From IMG/VR virus record IMGVR_UViG_3300025087_000055: DNA of 20,000 nucleotides; one strand, written 5' to 3'. This DNA is from an uncultured virus (IMG/VR IMGVR_UViG_3300025087_000055). Lineage: Duplodnaviria > Heunggongvirae > Uroviricota > Caudoviricetes. A model generated the notes under the pieces. It saw nothing but the letters and a program-made list of their open reading frames with translations. It did not search any database and was not told where the DNA came from. Positions 15,881-20,000 of the stretch are shown here, one piece after another. Both the position numbers and the translations under genes were made by a program. How positions within the stretch are numbered: position 1 is the first letter of the stretch; each line of letters starts with the position of its first letter.

Positions 15881-17038
15881 ATGTCTATGCAAATGAATTA
15901 TAAATATCGAATCTATCCTTCTAGAGTCCAAGTTCTTAAACTTAAACAGTCTCTTTTGGGTGCTTGTGAATTGTATAATATTCTTCTCGGCGTAAAAATT
16001 AACGCTTATGAAACTGATAAAACTTCTCTTTCTGGATTTGACTTGAATAAAATTGCAAAAGACATTGATGTTCCCCTGCATAGCCAAGTTAAGCAAAACA
16101 TTTCTAAAAGAATTGATGAGGCGTTTAGACATTTCTTCAGGAGAGTTAAAGAGAAAAAAGGAAAATTTGGTTTTCCCAGATTTAAGACAAAGAACCGATA
16201 CAATAGTATAACTTATCCTCAAAGCGGATTCAAGATTGTTTCTGATAAAAAACTCTTTGTCAGCAAGATTGGAAATATGCCTATTGTCATCGATAGAGTT
16301 CCCAAAGGGAAACTCAAGACATTCTGTATCAAGAAAACTGCTATCGGTTGGTTTGCAATTTTTTCTTGTTCTGATGTTCCCGTTGATAGAATTGAAATAC
16401 AAGATAATCAAATTGGAATCGATGTGGGAATTGAAAACTTTGCCACTTTGTCGAATGGAGAGGTTATTGAGAATCCTAAATTTCTGAGAAAGAGCGAGAA
16501 GAAACTTATCAGACTTCAAAGGCGATTGAGCAGAAAAAAGAAAGGTTCTATGAATAGAAGAAAAGCTAGAATCAAAGTTGCAAAATTCCATGAAAGAATT
16601 TTCAACCAAAGGCATGATTTCTTGCATAAAACAAGTTTCAATATTATCAAACGATTTAAAATAATTTCTGTCGAGGACTTGCAAATCAACAACATGGTTA
16701 AGAATCATCATCTCGCTAAAAGCATAAACGATGTCTCTTGGAATAGCTTTATCCAGATGTTGTCTTACAAGGTTGAAAGAACTGGTGGACAACTCATTAA
16801 AGTTAATCCAAGAAATACAAGCAAGACCTGTTCCAACTGTGGAACTATCTTGGATATGCCTCTGAGTAAGAGGACTTTCAAGTGCTTGAATTGTAGTTTT
16901 GTTTGTCATCGTGATTTAAATGCCTCGTTGAATATAAATACGGCTGGACAAGCCGAAATTAACGCCTGTAGAGAGACTGTAAGACCTTCTGAGAAGGCTC
17001 GTCTCGTGGAAGCAGGAACTATATTTGAACCTGCATAG
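15881..17038 (+). CDS. tnpB: TnpB RNA-guided endonuclease
   Basis: YKYRIYP N-terminus, GFPRFK, RuvC-I IGIDVG, RuvC-II VEDL, Zn finger CSNC..CLNC, RuvC-III RDLNASLNI; all three catalytic residues present. Confidence 0.96.
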   Translation: MSMQMNYKYRIYPSRVQVLKLKQSLLGACELYNILLGVKINAYETDKTSLSGFDLNKIAKDIDVPLHSQVKQNISKRIDEAFRHFFRRVKEKKGKFGFPRFKTKNRYNSITYPQSGFKIVSDKKLFVSKIGNMPIVIDRVPKGKLKTFCIKKTAIGWFAIFSCSDVPVDRIEIQDNQIGIDVGIENFATLSNGEVIENPKFLRKSEKKLIRLQRRLSRKKKGSMNRRKARIKVAKFHERIFNQRHDFLHKTSFNIIKRFKIISVEDLQINNMVKNHHLAKSINDVSWNSFIQMLSYKVERTGGQLIKVNPRNTSKTCSNCGTILDMPLSKRTFKCLNCSFVCHRDLNASLNINTAGQAEINACRETVRPSEKARLVEAGTIFEPA

Positions 17039-17105
17039 ACATTAAGGTTCATTGGATACTCCGCCCTTTAGGGCGTGAGAGGATGTCATCTATCTTAATC
17101 AGATT
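16930..17105 (+). ncRNA. Predicted TnpB omegaRNA (reRNA) scaffold plus guide; 5' boundary approximate
   Basis: Known architecture: the scaffold overlaps the tnpB 3' end and the right end, and the guide is the flanking DNA CTATCTTAATCAGATT. Confidence 0.6.
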
Positions 17106-17135
17106 TGTCCCGCATTTATTACACATATACTTCAT
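17090..17135 (-). pseudogene. 5' part of a CxxC microprotein gene interrupted by the IS (3' part at 15751-15776)
   Basis: Removing the IS gives MKYMCNKCGTNLIKIDKRRNGKR*, whose TGA overlaps the primase ATG. Confidence 0.6.
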
Positions 17136-17136
17136 T

Positions 17137-17280
17137 TTATCTCATATCCTCCAAAGTTTCCAAACATTCTTGGCATAATATTTCATAACCAAGTAATGAT
17201 ATTGTTTTCTGGTTTTTCTTAGTTAAACTTTTTTGTTTAATTGTTTCTTCAAATTCATTCTTACATCTACTGCACTTCAT
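17137..17280 (-). CDS. Small Zn-finger protein (47 aa), not in the ORF track
   Basis: MKCSRCKNEF...ILCQECLETLEDMR; GGAGG RBS. Confidence 0.7.
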   Translation of the reverse strand: MKCSRCKNEFEETIKQKSLTKKNQKTISLLGYEILCQECLETLEDMR

Positions 17281-17638
17281 TTTTTTCCTCCTTCCTTTCT
17301 CCATTATCTTCTTCTTTGTTTTTTCCGACAGATTCTATATCTATCTCTGCTTGCTCTAAGATTGCTAATATTCTTTTATGGTATCTATCAGACAATCCTT
17401 TTAATCCCATAATTCTACTTTTTATGTATTTTAACTTTTTTACTTCTTCTGATTTTTTCATTGTTGATATATATAAATAATTTATTTTCCTATGACATTC
17501 AATACACACAGGTATAAGCACATTAAATTTTGGGTGGAGCGACTGCGGTATGGCGTGATGGCGTGTTTTGTCATGGTGATTGAATGGTTTGGAGCAACAA
17601 AAACATTTCCAACTACCTAATGATATTACTCTTATCAT
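17267..17638 (-). CDS. HNH-like protein with C-terminal coiled coil
   Basis: CFCC...TRHHAIP...NVLIPVCIECHRKIN. Confidence 0.7.
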   Translation of the reverse strand: MIRVISLGSWKCFCCSKPFNHHDKTRHHAIPQSLHPKFNVLIPVCIECHRKINYLYISTMKKSEEVKKLKYIKSRIMGLKGLSDRYHKRILAILEQAEIDIESVGKNKEEDNGERKEEKNEVQ

Positions 17639-17780
17639 CCTCTTTTTTTATGATACCCAGTTTAAGCAAGTCCTCCTTTACCGCTTTTAATTGTTCTGGA
17701 GTCAAATGCCTTTCTACTACTAAGTTTGATAGTTTTAATAATTCTAATGCCTTTTCTGTATCAGTTAATTTTTGTTCCAT
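17613..17780 (-). CDS. Small helical protein (55 aa), not in the ORF track
   Basis: MEQKLTDTEKALELLKLSNLVVERHLTPEQLKAVKEDLLKLGIIKK...; GGAG RBS. Confidence 0.6.
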   Translation of the reverse strand: MEQKLTDTEKALELLKLSNLVVERHLTPEQLKAVKEDLLKLGIIKKEDDKSNIIR

Positions 17781-18181
17781 TTATTCTCCCCTTCCATCTT
17801 CTCAATACAAATTATAGTCTTTTCTTCCATTGTACTCTGTTTCTTAATTACTACTAATTCAAAAATAAATTTATCATTGATATTAATACAATCAAATACC
17901 TTGTCCATTAAAAACTTTACTCTATTGTCTGCATCTTTTCTTGCAACTAATCCTTTTTTAGTGTACCAATTTTCATATATATTTACTTCAACTTTTAATT
18001 CCGTTTTTTTTAATTCTTCATAATTAATGTCTTTAATTTGAGTAGGTATAGTATTATTAATATAATTTACAAATTCCTTTCCCTCTGTTTTTAGGTATCT
18101 GTTAAATCCACGAAAACCCCATAAATGATTAACTGTTGGGGTCTTCCTATTTATAGTAATTATTAATTTATCATTCGACAT
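17765..18181 (-). CDS. rusA: RusA-family Holliday junction resolvase
   Basis: PTVNHLW N-terminal motif; RKDADNRVKFLMD...INDKFI catalytic pattern. Confidence 0.8.
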   Translation of the reverse strand: MSNDKLIITINRKTPTVNHLWGFRGFNRYLKTEGKEFVNYINNTIPTQIKDINYEELKKTELKVEVNIYENWYTKKGLVARKDADNRVKFLMDKVFDCININDKFIFELVVIKKQSTMEEKTIICIEKMEGENKWNKN

Positions 18182-18713
18182 TTTTTCTCTCCGTATTTAT
18201 GTTTATTTCATCTAATATTTTGTAGTACATCTCTTTATGCTCATCACAGAAATCTATTTGGGTACCACCCCCATAAAACAAACAAGAGTCTATTTTACAA
18301 TGTTTATTTTCTTTTGTATGCAATAACTCATGTTTAAGAATACCAAATATATTTACCTCTTGTTCAAAACAACTGCCTGGAAATATGAATATATTATTTT
18401 TGTTTAAGCAAATACCATATGCTTCTTCTTTATGTCCTTGTTTTATTAATAAAGGATTACCTGTAAAAATAAATTTAATTGAATTGCTTATTCTCCGTAT
18501 TATTTTCGGTTCAAACAATATTGGTGAGAAAAAGTTTATTTTGATATCTTTCTCTAAAAATTCCCAATTATTACATTTACATATTTTTCTTTCCTTAGCA
18601 TTTTTGTAACAATCTGAAAAGATTATATCTTTTGATATTCCTATACTTTTTAATCCTTCCCTAATCTTTAATTCATCTAATAAATTTGTGCCATTTTTTA
18701 CATATACTAACAT
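18171..18713 (-). CDS. Archaemetzincin-like zinc metalloprotease
   Basis: HELLH-x4-KHC-x4-CL...FCDEH resembles HExxHxxGxxHCx4CxM...FCxxC. Confidence 0.6.
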   Translation of the reverse strand: MLVYVKNGTNLLDELKIREGLKSIGISKDIIFSDCYKNAKERKICKCNNWEFLEKDIKINFFSPILFEPKIIRRISNSIKFIFTGNPLLIKQGHKEEAYGICLNKNNIFIFPGSCFEQEVNIFGILKHELLHTKENKHCKIDSCLFYGGGTQIDFCDEHKEMYYKILDEININTERKNVE

Positions 18714-18880
18714 TATTCTTTTCTCCTTAGTTTGAATCCATACGGAATTTGTATTTCTTTAGTTTCTTTATGTTCTTTACACAAAAATAAATAAACATCC
18801 TCATCTTTATAATTCCTGAATATAACTTCTTCTCCTTCTTCTTTATCACAAACCCAGCATTTTATTTTATAGTGTTCCAT
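18713..18880 (-). CDS. Small Zn-finger protein (55 aa), not in the ORF track
   Basis: MEHYKIKCWVC...FLCKEH...; TAATG coupling; GAGGT RBS. Confidence 0.65.
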   Translation of the reverse strand: MEHYKIKCWVCDKEEGEEVIFRNYKDEDVYLFLCKEHKETKEIQIPYGFKLRRKE

Positions 18881-18998
18881 TTTCAACCTCTATTCTTTTT
18901 TTCCATAAGTAACCGCATTTTTTGCACTGTGCTTCTTTGGTTTGTAGATTATATTTAAATTTTCTAGAACTACAACAAGGACAAGTTTTAATTATCAT
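18867..18998 (-). CDS. Small Zn-ribbon protein (43 aa), not in the ORF track
   Basis: MIIKTCPCCSSRKFKYNLQTKEAQCKKCGYLW...; GGAGG RBS. Confidence 0.65.
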   Translation of the reverse strand: MIIKTCPCCSSRKFKYNLQTKEAQCKKCGYLWKKRIEVENGTL

Positions 18999-19263
18999 CT
19001 CTATTTATCCTCCACGCTTGTATTGCGTTTGGTAATCTTTCTAGTATCCCCTCACCCTCTAACATAATTATAAAATGTCTATGGTATTTTAACCTAGAAT
19101 TAAACTTTGCGTCTTTACTATAACCAAAATATTGTTTTTTATCAGAATAAGATATTCTATTCAAGATTAGATACAATTCATCTATATTAATAACATCACC
19201 ACCAAATTGCAAGACTGCTTCTCTAAACTCTTTATATTTATGTGAATTATATGTTTGTGTCAT
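18988..19263 (-). CDS. Probable winged-helix protein
   Basis: C-terminal MLEGEGILER...WRI recognition-helix/wing pattern. Confidence 0.55.
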   Translation of the reverse strand: MTQTYNSHKYKEFREAVLQFGGDVINIDELYLILNRISYSDKKQYFGYSKDAKFNSRLKYHRHFIIMLEGEGILERLPNAIQAWRINRDDN

Positions 19264-19265
19264 TT

Positions 19266-19559
19266 TTATCTTTTTAATATTGGAAAATTTATTTTATCAG
19301 CTATTCTATAAATTAAGTCAATATAATCCTTAACTTCTTTATCAAAAGATATATTTATTTGATAAAATTTATTAACTGAATTTGTAGATTTTAGAAAACC
19401 ATAATCTTCTAAAATATTTAAGTGTAATTTAATATTTGATTCAGACCTAGATAAAAAAGGACATTTATTGTTGACAAATGAGTTAATCTTCTTAGATGTG
19501 ATATTTCCATTTAAAACAGCATCCAAAATTAAAGCGTCGAGAATTTGCTTATAGTTCAT
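19266..19559 (-). CDS. Winged-helix DNA-binding protein
   Basis: SESNIKLHLNILEDYGFLKS...KFYQI. Confidence 0.7.
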   Translation of the reverse strand: MNYKQILDALILDAVLNGNITSKKINSFVNNKCPFLSRSESNIKLHLNILEDYGFLKSTNSVNKFYQINISFDKEVKDYIDLIYRIADKINFPILKR

Positions 19560-19732
19560 TCTACCACCTCGATTTGCATAATTTCGTCAACTCTAAAAGA
19601 TATTATTTTTTCATACTTATCTTTTACAGTAATATGATTTTCAGTAACACTTAGAACAACTGCTTTATAGAATAAATCGGTACCGTTAGAAACTCTATGT
19701 ATTTTAACTTTCTTATTTATGTATTCCTTCAT
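19556..19732 (-). CDS. Small beta-barrel (LSm/SH3-like) protein (58 aa), not in the ORF track
   Basis: MKEYINKKVKIH...FYKAVVLSVTENHITVKDKYEKIISFRVDEIMQIE; five beta-strand pattern; ATGA coupling. Confidence 0.6.
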   Translation of the reverse strand: MKEYINKKVKIHRVSNGTDLFYKAVVLSVTENHITVKDKYEKIISFRVDEIMQIEVVE

Positions 19733-20000
19733 TTACGTTTTCTCCTTCATTTACGTTTTCAGTTTTTTCTTTACTCATTTTTGGTACATTTATCTCGTCT
19801 TCTGGTAGATACCACCAACGATAAATATATTTTGTATTCATCGACAACTCTTGACTCCTTAATATACCCTTCGCTTCTAATTCTAATAATAGCATTCTTG
19901 TTTTAGGATAAGAAAGATTTAGTACTTTGGATATTTCTCCAGCGTTGCCTATTCTTATCTCTCTAGAGTGTAAAAATTCTTTTATTTTTTCTATATTGAT
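19713..20000 (-). CDS. Winged-helix protein (5'-partial; the frame stays open past the ORF-track start)
   Basis: INIEKIKEFL...NAGEISKVLNLSYPKTRMLLLELEAKGILRS. Confidence 0.7.
   Translation of the reverse strand: MNIEKIKEFLHSREIRIGNAGEISKVLNLSYPKTRMLLLELEAKGILRSQELSMNTKYIYRWWYLPEDEINVPKMSKEKTENVNEGENVNEGIHK
19725..19760. repeat. Perfect 18-bp tandem duplication TCCTTCATTTACGTTTTC x2
   Basis: Direct match; encodes ENVNEG twice. Confidence 0.9.

Larger units (their letters stand above)
15777..17089 (+). mobile_element. IS200/IS605-family tnpB-only element (IS1341-like, non-autonomous)
   Basis: Left hairpin CCCAATCCC-TTCA-GGGTTGGG (15795-15815); right hairpin CTCCGCCC-TTTA-GGGCGTGAG (17059-17079) then GGATGTCAT; TTTAT at 15772-15776 immediately left; no TIRs or TSD; opposite strand to the flanking genes. 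Confidence 0.85.

Noticed and set aside
16006..16203. 65-aa minus-strand ORF in the IS
   Set aside because: Antisense to tnpB; not a TnpA (no HUH or serine-recombinase motif)
15773..16909. 378-aa ORF antisense to tnpB
   Set aside because: Lies almost entirely opposite a clear tnpB and has no recognisable motifs; long antisense shadow frames are common for tnpB
1543..19906. Short plus-strand ORFs in the track (1543, 4747, 5404, 6267, 6920, 7960, 8820, 12661, 13592, 14438, 14727, 16236, 17241, 17584, 17772, 18385, 19697)
   Set aside because: Mostly Phe/Leu/Ile/Ser-rich mirror translations of Lys/Glu-rich minus-strand genes, or out-of-frame overlaps within tnpB; no RBS or promoter support

Overview
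AT-rich window (roughly 28-30% GC by eye), densely packed with mostly minus-strand genes that are often translationally coupled. It looks like the early/replication region of an archaeal virus, provirus or related mobile element, probably DPANN-associated. Support for this: archaeal BRE/TATA promoters in front of leaderless genes, an AEP primase, RusA, HNH and Vsr/DUF559 endonucleases, two orphan adenine/N4C methyltransferases, an RNA-ligase-like nucleotidyltransferase, an archaemetzincin-like protease and many CxxC microproteins. No virion genes are visible. An apparently intact tnpB-only IS200/IS605 element (15777-17089) interrupts a tiny ORF coupled to the primase. The most unusual signals are: (1) two ~70-nt inverted-repeat-bounded in-frame elements with identical flanks (AATAATAGTCAG...CTGACA) inside neighbouring ORFs, one folding like a tRNA that lacks the anticodon arm; (2) a structured, apparently non-coding transcript behind a divergent promoter at ~12030-12310; (3) a 976-aa fusion of SF2 helicase, DNA-binding repeats and a methyltransferase-like domain; (4) no GATC found in the 20 kb by manual scan. 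All family assignments come from motif recognition, not from database searches.
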